A stretch of 64,000 nt of DNA from Mobula hypostoma (Eukaryota), in contig NC_086097.1 of the NCBI RefSeq assembly GCF_963921235.1, forward strand, positions 167,898,001-167,962,000, in the 5' to 3' direction. The notes under the pieces are model-generated. The model did no database searches and was not told where the DNA came from. It worked only from the letters and a program-made list of their open reading frames with translations. Position numbers and translations under genes: made by a program. Of this stretch, positions 50,790-63,620 are shown piece after piece (position 1 is the stretch's first letter; every line of letters starts with the position of its first letter).

Positions 50790-51560
50790 TTCATGGTCAA
50801 TTTTATTGTCATTCAGCCATATACATGTATACTGCCAAATGAAACGTTTCTCTAGACTAAGGTGCTCAACACAGTACATATAACACACACAACACATAAA
50901 GTAATATTATCACAAATAAATTGATAAATAATACAATATATTTTAGAAGATTGACATTTAGCATAGGTGCATTTATGACACAAATCGAAAAGTATAATGC
51001 TGTAGGCACTTCTTAAGTGATGAGACCTGGGTGGTGGCAGGGAGTTCAGCGAGTTCTCACAGCCTGGGGGAAGACGCTGTTTCCCATCTGAACAGCCCTG
51101 TCTTAATGTTATGGTGCCTCCTGCCTGATTGTAGAGGGTCAAGAATTCATCAGTAGGCAACACTCCTGATAAATATCTCAGATGGGTGGGAAAGAGACCC
51201 CAATGATCCTCTGAGCAGTCCTCGCTATCGTTTGTAGGGTCTAGTGGTTAGATGCCTTGCAATTCCTGCATCAGAGGTGACGCAGCTGATCAGGACACCG
51301 TCAATGATGCTGCTGTAAAAATTGGTTGAAAGGGGGAAGGGTCCTTGTTCACCTCAGTCTCCTCAGGAAATGGAGATGCTGCTGTGCTTTCATTAAAGGC
51401 CCCATCATCCAGGACATACCCTCTTCTCATTGCTGCCATCAAGGAGGACATACAGGAGCCCGAAGGTACACACTCAAATGTTTCAGGAATAGCTCCTTCC
51501 CCTCCGCCATTAGATTTCTGAATGGACAATGAACCCATGAACACAACCTCAGTTTTTCCC
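50790..51560. mobile_element. Rex1-type tail fragments in opposite orientations
   Basis: Minus-strand tail at 50790-51390 adjoining a plus-strand TLKCFRNSSFPSAIRFLN segment. Confidence 0.55.
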
Positions 51561-53090
51561 TCTCTTTTTGTATACTTACTTAATTTATATATATTAGTTT
51601 GGGGTATATATATTTATATATATTTGGGGTAGTGGAGGTATAATTCGTCCATCAGTGCTGATCACCCCATCCTCCACCATGAACACGATCTGTTATGAGT
51701 CAACATGATGCTTTCGGGTCAGGCCATGCATAGCACATACCTTCACCACGCTGCTCAGGTGTGTTTCTGGGGTACAGGGGCTAGCGACCCTTGTGCCTGT
51801 TCTATCGCCAAGCAGCAGTGAATCATCTGATTGTCCTATCAGAGTTCTCTTTGAGATCTAGTTGACTTGATCAGCATTCTGATCTGGCTATTGTTCACGA
51901 TTGCACTTAAATTTAAAAAGTATATATACTTATTGCAAGTGATATTAAACCTGATTCTGACTGACTATTGAGGGACCAAGTAAGATCATCCATTATGTGC
52001 ATTCTCAGAAAGTTGGATAGATAGAAATTGAGATAGATACAGGGAATGGAGATGGAGGAATATGGATCACATACAGACTGAAGGGATTGAGTTTAATTCA
52101 GCATTGTGTTTGGCGCAGACATTGTGGGCTGAAAGGCTTTCTCCTGTGCTGTATTCTATAATTGTGATGACGAATGCTGGCGACAAAATCATCTGGAGAA
52201 GTCCTTTTGGAATTTCAAGTCAGGTGAAAAATTTGGGTGGATATAGCTGGACATTCGGAGGGGAAGGTGAGATCTGTCTACCGGGTGGTTGGGAGTGAAG
52301 CAGGTGACATCTGCTGGTGCTCAGTTTTCTCCCTTTTACTCTCTGGTTGTAAAGTCATTTGCTCAGAGAGGATGCTCTCATTTTGCAATATGTTTTGACC
52401 TGGAACAGTTATTGCCTGGGAGATTGCCTGGTTTTTCTACAGCAGTCTGAAGCTTGTTGGGAATATGCTATAGGGGAAAGCAACTGACTTAGGAGATCCA
52501 CTTAAGTGAGAGAAAATGTCTCTCACTCCCTTAGAGAAACAACGTCGGCTTCAAGAATCAAATTCAAATTATTCACCGCAGAAAAGTCTAAAAATTCTTT
52601 ATCTAGTTTGAAAGTTCAAAAAGAAATCTCCAGTCAATTTTATCACCAGAACTTGAATCCTAACTAGATTTGGTGGCTCTGGTGAGGTTTATTCTTTTGC
52701 CAGATTCCAAATTGTTAAGGGAATGCGCCAGTTCACCACAATGACCTGGTTATCTTAAATAACACAGAGTCCTATAATTTTAAAGGATTACCTGAACAAA
52801 CAGGCCAGGGGATTTATCTGGAGAGTTATAAATCATTGTTGCGTTTCTGTATATAGAATTGTTTGCCTTCATGGTCTGGCATACAGTCATGTTTTCCAAG
52901 CCTGGCCCTGTGCTGGGCACTTGTGTTGATGCATTGGCAGTCTTGGCAGGCAGGGCCAGTGTGTTGAAGCTGGCTGCTGCTACAGGATTCATCAGGAATT
53001 GCCAGCTGCTGGCATTTGATTTCACAGGAATAGCAACGCCTTTCTCTCCTTTATGATTCACAACTTTTTAATGATATCTATCGGAATACA

Positions 53091-53867
53091 CTCTCTCTCT
53101 TGATGCTGAAATCAATAGGCGTATCGGCAAAGCAGCATCGATCCTTGCAGGACTCTCCTCACGGGTCTGGAAGAATCCGGAACTCGCTACAAAGACCAAG
53201 ACTGCCGTGTACAATGCATGCGTTATCAGCACCCTCCTGTATGGTAGCGAGACTTGGACCATCTATTCCAAACAGGAGAGGAAAGTCAGTAGTTTTCACC
53301 TGCGCAGCCTTCGCCGTATCCTCAGCATCACCTGGAGAGACATAGCCCCAAACTCTGAGGTCCTCTCCCGCGCTGGTCTTCCCACAATGTTCACACTTTT
53401 AAGACAACGCAGACTGCGCTGGCTGGGCCACGTCTGTCGTATGAAGGATGATAGACTGTCAAAGGACATCCTCTATGGAGAACTAGCAACAGGCAAGAGG
53501 AACGTTGGTAGACCCCAGCTTCGCTTCAAGGACCTCTGCAAGCGCGACATGAAAGCCTTAAAAATCAGCAGAGAGTGCTAGGAGGATACAGCAGATGACC
53601 GCAACAAATGGCGAGGTACTCCTCAGCAACACCTAGAGCAAGGCGAAATAGAGATCCTGAGTCAGTTTGAGGACTAAATGGAGAGCACAGCGGACAACAG
53701 TTCCACGACGCCTTACACATGCAGCAACTGTGGCAGAGCCTACCATTCCAGGATCGGTCTCAATAGCCACAGTCGACGTTGCTCAACAAACCAGTGACTA
53801 GCAGAGGCGCAGTACCCATGGTCGACCATGACCGATGGAGGCCACACACACACACACACACACACAC
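53091..53867 (+). mobile_element. 5'-truncated RTE-clade LINE with C-terminal C2H2-like finger and (CA)n tail
   Basis: EINRRIGKAA...VYNACVISTLLYGSETW...RRLRWLGHV...CSNCGRAYHSRIGLNSHSRRC; 9-bp TSD CGGAATACA (53082-53090 / 53868-53876). Confidence 0.92.
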
Positions 53868-53934
53868 CGGAATACATTTTATCAAATTTCTTTGATTTGT
53901 TCACTTGACATGGGTGTTGTTAGCAGTCCTCAAG

Positions 53935-54500
53935 AACATGGTGGTGGGATGAAGTAATGCAATCAGGAAGAAGGCACGCTGGTAACTATACTTCATCAGG
54001 AGTTTGAGGAGAAAAGTAGCAAATTTCTACAGATATACAGTCTGGGGCCTTCTGACCGGATGCATCACCACCTCATATGGAGGCTCCAATGCACAGGAGT
54101 GAAAGAGGTGCAGAGGACTGTAAATTCAGCCAGTTCTGTCATGGGTACTAACCCTTCCCACCATCAAGAGTATCTTCAAAAAGCAATGCCTCACGAAAGT
54201 GGCATCCATTGTTAAGGACCCTCACGGTCCAGGACATGCCCTCCTCTCATTACTACCATTAGAGAGGTGGAATAGGAGCCCAAAGACCCACACTCAATGA
54301 TTCTTCACCTCCGCCATCGGATTTCTGAATGGTCCATGAACCCAAGGTCACTACCTCACTATTCCTCTTGCAATATTTATTATTTTATTTCATACTGTGG
54401 CTTTTTGTGATTTTATTTTTGGTGTCTTGCACTGTGCTGCTGCCACAAAGCAACAAGTTTAACAAAATATGGAAGTGACAATGAACAGTCTGAGTCTGAG
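53935..54500 (+). mobile_element. Rex1-type 3' fragment
   Basis: LTGCITT..YG and IVKDPHGPGHALLSLLP motifs. Confidence 0.7.
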
Positions 54501-55923
54501 TTGCTCTCACTGTGCTGTTTTGATCCCGGAGTGATTGAGGGTCTGGCCACGTGCCTCCACATTATGATGACATGTGACCCGGTGGAGAACCCGTAGGTCT
54601 CAGCCCGAAACTTTAACTGTTTATTTTTCTCCATGGATGCTGCCTGATCTGCTGAATTCCTCCAGCATTTTGTGTGTGTTGCAATTGGAATAAATGGGTC
54701 TTTTCCAGGGTAGAAGGTTTTAACTAGTGGAGAATATCCAGAATCCATTCTTAATCCTCACCCTCCATATATTTTAATATTGATGACCTGGAGGAGTGAG
54801 CAAAAAGTAAGGCATCTTTGCCATTGACAGGAAAATAGGTGGAAAGTTATGATGTGATGAGGATATTGTGACTCTGCAGTGGAAAACAGATTGATTGCTT
54901 GAATGAAACCTTGGCAACTAGAGTTTAATACGCAAAAGTGTGAGGTCATGTACTTCAGTAAGAGGAATCAAAAGATGGAATTTTATTTAAATGGAAAGAA
55001 TAAGTGAAGTTCCAGAGAGATCGAGGTATTCTGTACATAAATCACAAAGATAAACATGAGATTTTGCTGATTGTTTGTCTTGCTATAAATCACAGTAATC
55101 GGACAAGCAGTTAGGAAGGTAAATGGTATATTGGGCTTTATCACAAAATGATTGGAGTTTAGAAATAAGGTCTGTGGCTCTATACGAATTCTGCCACTGT
55201 TCGTACTATGGGATAGATAGGTTCTGCCCTTCCATAGCTGGGATGGAAGAGTTGTCCAATGCCATTTTTATGCTGTTGACATTCTTTCACTTCTACTTCA
55301 AAAGAGCCAGTTTCTCCCTGTACTCACACTCCCAAATTGGCTTCTGGTCCACCTACCCACTCCCTGATCTCTAAACTTCCTCTTGATTCCAGATCCAGGC
55401 ATGGCCGCGCCTTTCGCTGCCTCCGAGCTCCTCTAGTTCTGCATTCCTTCAAACCATCAGTCACTTTGCTAATTAGAGACCTCCTGTTAAATTCTGCTTG
55501 ACAACACACACAAGAAGTGTCTCAGGACACCTTACTATGTTAAAGTGATTTGTTGCTGTTGGAGGAACTCTCAGATGAAGTTTTCCCCTTTGTTTTCAGG
55601 AGGGGTCAGCGTCATTGATGTCAGGACTATGCTGTCTTCCCTAAAGCAAACCCTGTCAAATTTGGAAGGCAATTAAAAGCATGTGTGGTTGCAAATATTT
55701 ATGAAACCTGTCCCAAATATCATTTGATAATGCTGCCGGTCAAACCTTGGGTATTGTGGATTTGTCTCATCACTCCAGGATTCATTCCTGGAAAATTTTC
55801 TCTGCCAAGTTTTGCAGCGGGTCAACATGATATTTCTAACCTCAATCATCAGATCCCATATTGGGTATCGATTCTTGCAAAAGCTGAACTATTTATGTCA
55901 GGCAGCTAACTCTGTTTCTTCTA

Positions 55924-56122
55924 AGCAACACACACAAAATGCTGGAGGAACTCAGCAGGCCAGGCAGCATCTATAGAAAAACCCCTTTGAGTCCTGCCGA
56001 AGGGTTTTGGCCCGAAACATTGACCAGACTTTTTTCCATAGATGCTGACTAACCTGCTGAGTTCCTCCAGCATTTTGTGTGTGTTGCTCGGATTTCCAGC
56101 ATTTGCAAATTTTCTCTTGTTT
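55924..56122. mobile_element. Fold-back Penelope-repeat insertion with degenerate hammerhead (about 55990-56025)
   Basis: Inverted arms; 13-bp TSD TCTGTTTCTTCTA / TCTGTTTCCTCTA (55911-55923 / 56123-56135). Confidence 0.8.
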
Positions 56123-56679
56123 TCTGTTTCCTCTAGACCATTTCAGTTCTATATTTCCTTGAGACATAGAAGGAAGACATTTGACGCATCGTTTGTATAT
56201 CAGCTCACAAGATAGTCTCATTCCCCCCATTAATTTTCCCTGTTCATCCTGGATTCACATTGATCTCTTCCCAGACTTCACTACTTGCCGACACTCTAGG
56301 GCAATGGCTGATGGGCAATTCTTTTATCAGCCTGCACACCTTTGGGAGGAAAGCTGACATGGTCACAGAGAGAATGTGTACGACTCACGCAGATAGCACC
56401 CACATCACTGCATTATTCAAACTTGTTAGATCAACACAGATCTTCACTGTGCCATCTGGCTTGGGAGCAGGAACAATGCTCACACACCAGTCAGCAGATC
56501 TGTGGTAACGTTGCAGGGAATCAATGTTTCTAGGAACACTGTACACACAGATAACTGCTGACTCCTGGTGGTTTGCTCTGGCCAGGATTCTCCTTCAGCT
56601 TGGTTACTGTTCCAATCAGTTACCTCTAAATCACTAAGCATTTCATTATTTTTCATTTCCAGATATGGGTATAGCTGGC

Positions 56680-57192
56680 AGGGCCTCATATTCTGCTTGT
56701 GGTGTACAACTCTCCAGCTTCCAGTGAACTTTCCCTTTGCCTCTCTTCTTTCTCTTCCTGATGCTCCCAGCCCCCATCACTGAGTCTCCTTCCCCTCCTC
56801 CATCCTCTCCATCTGCCCATCACCCTCATACCTTCCCACCACCCTCCCTTGATTACATTCTCCACCTTCCCCTCCTCTCAGATTCCATCGGCTTAGGCCG
56901 TTTGTCACTCCCACCTATCATCTCCCATCTTCTGGCACCATTCCCATTCTTCACTCCCCCATCCATCTATTACTGCTCCTCACCTGGTTCCACCTATCAC
57001 CTGCCAGCACTCACTCTATCCTTCCCTCTACTTTTTTGTGCTGGCAATCCATCCTCTATCTTCCTGTCCAGATGAAGGGTCTTGACCCAAAACGTCGACT
57101 GTCAATTCTCCTCTGCAAATGCTGCCTGAGTGAGTTCCTCCAGCTTTTTCTGTGTTGTTCTAGATTTCCAGCTTCTGTAATCTCTCATGTCA
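56680..57192 (+). mobile_element. Older Penelope 3' end (end of GIY-YIG, pyrimidine-rich UTR, degenerate hammerhead at about 57066-57100)
   Basis: LIFCLW-like segment, C/T-rich UTR, GTC-CAGATGA-AGGGTCTTGACCC-AAAA-CGTC-GAC. Confidence 0.65.
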
Positions 57193-57252
57193 CCCGTACA
57201 TATCTTCCAAACTGGCCTGACACTTTCAACCATCTATGGACATATATGATCA

Positions 57253-58053
57253 ACACACATCAAAGTTGCTGGTGGACGCAGCAGGCCAGGCAACATCTCT
57301 AGGAAGAGGTACAGTCGACGTTTTGGGCCGAGACCCTTCGTCAGGACTAACTGAAAGAAGAGCTAGTAAGAGATTTGAAAGTGGGAGGGGGAGGGGGGAG
57401 ATCCGAAATGATAGGAGAAGACAGGACGGGGAGGGATGGAGCCAAGAGCTGGACAGGTGATTGGCAAAAGGGATATGAGAGGATCATGGGACAGGAGGCC
57501 TAGGGAGAAAGAAAAGGGGGAGGGGGAAAAACCCCAGAGGATGGGCAAGGGGTATAGTCAGAGGGACAGAGGGAGAAAAAGGAGAGAGAGAAAAAGAATG
57601 CGTGTATATAAATAAATAACGGATGGGATACGAGGGGGAGGTGGGGCATTAGCAGAAGTTTGAGAAGTCAGTGTTCATGCCATCAGGTCGGAGGCTACAC
57701 AGACAGAATATAAGGTGTTGTTCCTCCAACCTGAGTGTGGCTTCATCTTTACAGTTGAGGAGGCCATGGATAGACATATCAGAATGGAAATGTGATGTGG
57801 AATTAAAATGTGTGGCCACTGGGAGATCCTGCTTTCTCTGGCGGACAGAGCGTAGGTGTTCAGCAAAGCGGTCTCCCAGTCTGCGTCAGGTCCCGCCAAT
57901 ATATAGAAGGCCACATCAGGAGCATCGGACGCAGTATATCACCCCAGCCGACTCAGAGGTGAAGTGTCGCCTCACCTGGAAGGACTGTCTGCGGCCCTGA
58001 ATGGTGGTAAGGGAGGAAGTGTAAGGGCATGTGTAGCACTTGTTCCGCTTACA
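57253..58053 (-). mobile_element. 5'-truncated Penelope-like element: GIY-YIG endonuclease remnant, 3' UTR, terminal repeat with hammerhead (57313-57348)
   Basis: GVIYCVRCS*CGLLYIGGT*RRLGDRFAEHLRS...PVATHFN...LEEQHLIF...PDGMN; 11-bp TSD ATATATGATCA (57242-57252 / 58054-58064). Confidence 0.92.
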
Positions 58054-58789
58054 ATATATGATCAGTATATTATGTCAATATAACTGACATATATGATCAG
58101 TTCCCTCAATCTTATGCCCTCTAGTTTATTGTTTGTCTTCTCAATCTCCTTACATGTTTTAAGGACAGTGATGAGTCAGATGGATTTTTATAACAATCAC
58201 TCCAGTAGTTACACAGCCAACTTTATTCAGACGGTGTTTATTCCAGGTTCATTTAGTTGATTGAATTTATGTTCCCCAGCTGCCGTGGTGGGATTTGAAC
58301 TTGTGCCCCAGAATAGTTATCTAAACCTCCAGTTGCTGGTCCAATAACTTAACCACTCTGCTGCTAGACCGGGAATTTAGACATGTCAGCAGACTGACAG
58401 AAAACAAACTGCTGGAGGCGCTCAGCAGGTCAAGCAGCATTTGTCGGGTGTGTGTCTGTGGGGGGAGAGGGAGTGTCGACATTTTGGGTCAGGACCCTGC
58501 CATCAGGACTGATGACTGACAACTGATTCCAACTCAGCATTGAAGTCAAGTCATAGAATCATACAGATTTACAGCGCAAGAGGAGGCCATTCATTATATT
58601 CTCATTCTCTCTCTCTCTCTCTCCCCCATCTATCTATCTTTCTCTATCTCTATTTAATCTATCTCTCTCTCTTTCTTTCTCTTTTCTACCCATAAGGAGC
58701 TCCTTAAAACTCATTACTCATTCTTGTGTCCAAGCCCTTGTCTCCACATGAACTTGTGAGTCAGTGTCAAGCTTTGTTTAACTGTGGTT

Positions 58790-59315
58790 CACTGAAACAC
58801 TTGCAGTACTGTGTACAGTTTTGGTCACCCAATTGTAGGAGAGACGTCATTAAGTTGGAAAGAGCGCGAAGAACAATTACAATAATGTTTCAGGATTCGA
58901 GGGCCTGTGTTAAAGGAAGAGGCTAGTCAGGATCGGACTTTATTCTTTGGAGCATACGATACTGAGGAGTGACTTTATAGAAGACTATAACATTATAAGG
59001 AACATTGATTGAGTGAATGAACCCAGTTCAGGTTCAATTGTCATTCAGCCATACATGAATACAGCCAGACAAAAGGTTCCTTCCCCCAGGGTTTGGAAAC
59101 CAAAAATGAGAGGTCAAAGGTTTAAGGTGAGAGAGGAAATACTTAAAAGAGATCTGAGGGGTGACATCTTCACACAGAGAGTGGTATGTATATGGAAAGA
59201 ACTGCCAAAAGAAGTATTTGAAGCAGGTACAATAACAACCTTTAAAAGACACTTGAACAGATATTTGGATGGAAAGGCTTCAGAGGGATATGGGCCAACT
59301 GTGGGCAAATGAGAC
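58790..59315 (+). mobile_element. CR1 3' fragment
   Basis: HLQYCVQFWSP and FTQRVVCIWKELP motifs; abuts an inverted CR1 tail at 59320-59775. Confidence 0.85.
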
Positions 59316-59319
59316 TAGT

Positions 59320-59775
59320 TTAGACCATAGGAGCAGAATTAGGCCATTTAGCCCATCGAGTCAGCTCTACTATTCAATCATGGCTGATTTATTATCCCTC
59401 TGAACCCCATTCTCCTGCCTTCTCCCCATAACATTTGTCTCCCTTACTATTCAAGAACCTACGAACTTCCGCTTCAAATATACTCAATGACTTTGCCTCC
59501 ACAGCCAACTGTGCCAATGATTTCCATTTATTCACTGCCTTTGGGCTAAAGAAATTCCTCCTCATCTATGTTCTGTTCTGAAGCTGTGCCCTCTGGTCCT
59601 AGGCTGTCCCCCTAATGGAAACATCCTCTCCATATCTGGACCACTCAACATTTGGTAGGTTTCTTTGAGATTCTCCCTCTTTCTTCTAAACTCCAGCAGG
59701 TACAGTCCCAGATCCATTAAATGCTTCTCATACGCTCCTTTCATTTCCGGGATCGTTCTTGTAAACCTCCTCTTT
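59320..59775 (-). mobile_element. CR1 3' fragment
   Basis: ERMFPLGGQPRTRGHS motif and reverse-complement CR1 tail. Confidence 0.8.
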
Positions 59776-60449
59776 TGAGGACTTGCCCAGCAGAGTTGAG
59801 TCGGACCACAGGCCTGTTTCCCTGCTGTATGACTCTTATGACTCCAAGCAGTTTAGCATGTTTTACTCCCGGGAGTGTCATTTTGAACTAAGTTGTTTTT
59901 TTTTGATGATGCTGTACAAGGATTTCGAATGTCAAGGTTTATTTTTGTTCTGGTTCTTTCGCTTAATCTCCAAGAATGTTTTACAGTGAAAGTAATTTGT
60001 TTCCCTTTATCCAAAGTGTTGAGTGATGGAAGGTATTAACCAATCAGAATGTTGTGTACAATATTTGGGAGTAGTTTGTGTCCAATACAGACCTGCCCAG
60101 TGTTCTTTGGTGCCATCCAGAGGATTAACATATGCTGTGGCCTTGAAATTCCTTCTCAACTCATTGTAAAAACTTTGCCAGAATGAACAAAATTTAACTG
60201 CCCAGTGGGAATTTTAGCCATTCAGTTGCCTTTCCAGACATTTGCCAATGGTAGAAAGATCATAAAGTTCACCCAAGCAATGGTAAAAAAAAAGTCACAG
60301 ACGAAACACTTGAGGAAATCAGTGGATCAGGCAGCATCTATGGAGGTAGACTCTTTATTTGGACTGAAAGATAGAGAGAAGGTGGCTAGTGTATTAAAAA
60401 AATAGATGGAAGGTGTCGAGCAAAAGCTGGTGATAAATCAGCATATAGG

Positions 60450-61340
60450 AGAGAGACTGAAACTCTGGCTGAGTGGTGTCACAACGACAATGTCGTTCAA
60501 TGTCAGTCAGACCAAGGAGCTGATTATCGACTTCTGGAGGAAACCTGAGGTCCGCGATGAGGTCCTCATTGAGGGATCATTGGAGGATTCCTTGGGGTTC
60601 TCATTTCAGAGGTTCACTCCAGGGCCTAGCACATAAGTGAAATTACAAAGAAAGCTGAGCAGCACCTCTATTTCCTTAGAAGATTTGGCATAACATCTGA
60701 AACTCTGTCAAATTTCTATAGATGTGTGGTGGGAGAGTATATTGATTGGTTGCATCTTGGCCTAGTATGGAAACACCAACACCCTGGAATGGAAAATCCT
60801 ACAGAAAGTACTGGATGCATCCCAGTCCATCATACATAAAGCCCTCCCCACCATTGAGCATATCTACACGGAACGCTGTTACAGGAAGCCATTAGCAAAC
60901 CCCACCATCCAGGCCATGCATTCTTCTCGCTGCTGCCATCAGGAACCAGGTAAAGGAGCCTCCAGACCCACTGCATCAGTTTCAGGAGCAGTTATTACCT
61001 CTCAGCGATCAGGATTTTGAACTACAGGAGATTATTTAACAGAATTTCACTCACCCCATCACTGAACTGTTCCCACAACCTATGGACTCACTTTCAAGGA
61101 CTCTTCATCTCATGTTCTTGATACTTACTTTTCATTTATTTACTAATATTATTGTTTTTTTTCTTTTTTTTGCAGTTTGTTATCTTTTGCACATTAGTTG
61201 TTTGTCCACCCTGTTAGGTGCGGTCTTTCATTGATTACATTGTGTTTCTTGGATTTACATTGTATGCCCACAAGAAAATTAATCTCGGGTTTGTATATGG
61301 TGACATACGTGTACTTGATAGTAAACTTATTTTGAATTTT
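60450..61340 (+). mobile_element. Rex1/Babar-type LINE 3' fragment
   Basis: FNVSQTKELIIDFWRK, HPGHAFFSLLPSG motifs and typical tail. Confidence 0.85.
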
Positions 61341-62487
61341 AACCCTGGCCCACTGGCCTGTTGGGGAGTATTAGAGGCTTATGTGTTTCCTCAGTGACAA
61401 GAACCTGGAGCTCTGGCCTTGAAAGACTGGAAAAAGCCTCCCAACTACATAACTAAGTGCAGGTCACGTTGGCTAATATTGGTTCCTTGCCAAAATGGAC
61501 ACAAATTTGTGGGATCCACCCAAGACAAAGAAAGGGGAAAATAATCTGTTGCTTTATTAATGTGTTATGTACAAATAAAATCAAGTTGAGAACAAAACTG
61601 AGAATTCCAAACAAGGCAAGCACAAACTATTTCTTTCATTTCTATCAAAATGTAATGCTTACTAAAACAATGTTACAGAGGTGGACATTTGCTGTTTGCT
61701 TGGTTTTATTACTGAATGACTAACTTAGAAGAGGAAAAGCAGGGTCTGGGTGAGAATGTCTGCAGTCTCGCTGGGCTTGCAGCAGTCTGAGGGCATGGAG
61801 GAGTGGGGTGGAATATCAAGAATTTCTCTGTACTTGGTAGCTTGTTGTTCTGGTTTTCTTTACCACAAAACAAAGCGGGGATATGATGAGAAATGAAAGG
61901 GACCAGGAGGATGTGGGCAAACTGAGTGTGTGGGCAACAGGATGGTAACGTTGAGAGTGAAGATATAAAACACCAGACAAATGCTATCTTTTTAAAGGTG
62001 AGAAATAGGGACGTATCAATATTCAAATGCGCCTTGTACACAGTTCGCTGGAAGCTGAGATGCAACCTGAAAGGGAAGTGGTTGTTAGTCTTTATTGCTG
62101 GAAGATTTGTATACGAGACAGACAACCTTGACCCACCTGCAATTTGCCTACCACCAAAACAGGTCCACTGTGGAAGCCATCTCCCTGGCCCTACATTCAT
62201 CTTTGGAACAAATGGGCAACAAAGACACCCATGTCAGACTTTATTGACTACAGCTCTGCTTTCGAAACCATAATTCCAAACAAACTCATCTCCACCCTCC
62301 TAGTCCAAGGACTCAGTATCTCCCTCTGCAACTGAATCCTTGTCTTCCTGACAAGTAAGGATAGGCAGTGACACCTCCTCCACAATTATCCTCAACACCA
62401 ATGCCTGCAAGGCTACATCCTCAAACATGTACTCCATAAACTCTCACGACTGTGTGACCAAATTCTGCGCTAGCTCCACCCTTCTGC

Positions 62488-63620
62488 AGCTTTTTCAGAT
62501 ATACAAGAAGTAAAAGAGAGGTGAGAGTGGGTATTGGGCCACTGGAGAATGACGTTGGAGATCTAATAATGGGGGATAAAGAAACAGCAGACGGACTGAA
62601 TAAGTATTTTGCGTCAGTCTTCACTGTGAAAGACACAGTGGCAGAATGCTAAAAATGCAAGAGTGTCAGGAGGCAGAAGTGAGGGCAATTGCTATTACTA
62701 AGGAGAAGGTGCTTGGAAAGCTGAGAGTCTGGAGGTAGATAAGTCACCTGGAACAGATGGACTACAACCCAGAGTTCTGAAAGAGGTAGCTAAAGAGATT
62801 GTGGAGGCATTAGTAATGATAGTTCAAGAATCACTAGATTCTGGCATGGTTCCGGAGGACTGGAAAATTGCAAATATCATTCCACTCTTTAAGAAGGAAA
62901 AGAGCCAGAAGGAAAGAAACTGTAACTATAAGCCAGTTGGCCTGACTTCAGCAGTTGGGAAGAAGTTGGAGTCCATTATTAAGGATGAGGTTTTGGGGTA
63001 CATGAAATCACATGATAATATAGGCCAAAATCAGCATGGTTTCTTTAAAGGGAGATATTGCCTGACAAATCTGTTGGAATTTTTTGAGGAAGTAAGAGGC
63101 AGGATAGACAAAAGAGAGTCGGTGAATCTTGTTTACTTGGATTTTCAGAAGGCCTTTGACAAGTTGCCACACATGAGGCTGCTTAACACGATAAGAGTCC
63201 ATGGTATTACAGGAAGGATATTATAATAGAAGATTGGCTAACTGGCAGGAGGCAGAGTGGGAATACAGGGGTCCTTTTTAGTTGGCTGTCAGTGATTAGT
63301 GTTATTCCACAGAGTTCTGAATTCGGATTGCTTCTTTTCATGTTATATATAAATGATCGGATGACAGATTTTGTGGTCAAGTTTGCAGACAATACAAAGA
63401 TAGGTAGTGTTGAGAAAACAAGGAGTCTGCAGAAGGATTTAGACAGATCAGGAGAATGGGCAGAGAAGTGGCAGATGGAATATAGTGTTGGGAAGTGTAT
63501 GGTCATGCACTTTTGTAGAAGGATAATGTTATAGACTATTTTCTAAATGTGAAGAAAATTCAAAAATCAGAGGTGCAAAGTGACGTGGAAGGCCTTATGC
63601 AGTATTCCCTAACTTGCAGA
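62488..63620 (+). mobile_element. CR1 RT fragment
   Basis: VPEDWKIANIIPLFKK, QHGFFKGRYCLTNLLEFF, YLDFQKAFDK, KFADNTK. Confidence 0.92.

Noticed and set aside
55580..55680. Strong splice acceptor (TTTTCCCCTTTGTTTTCAG|G at 55600)
   Set aside because: No convincing donor or recognisable peptide follows.
61709..62273. 163-aa and 115-aa overlapping ORFs
   Set aside because: No recognisable domain or splice structure; the region runs into Rex1-like sequence.
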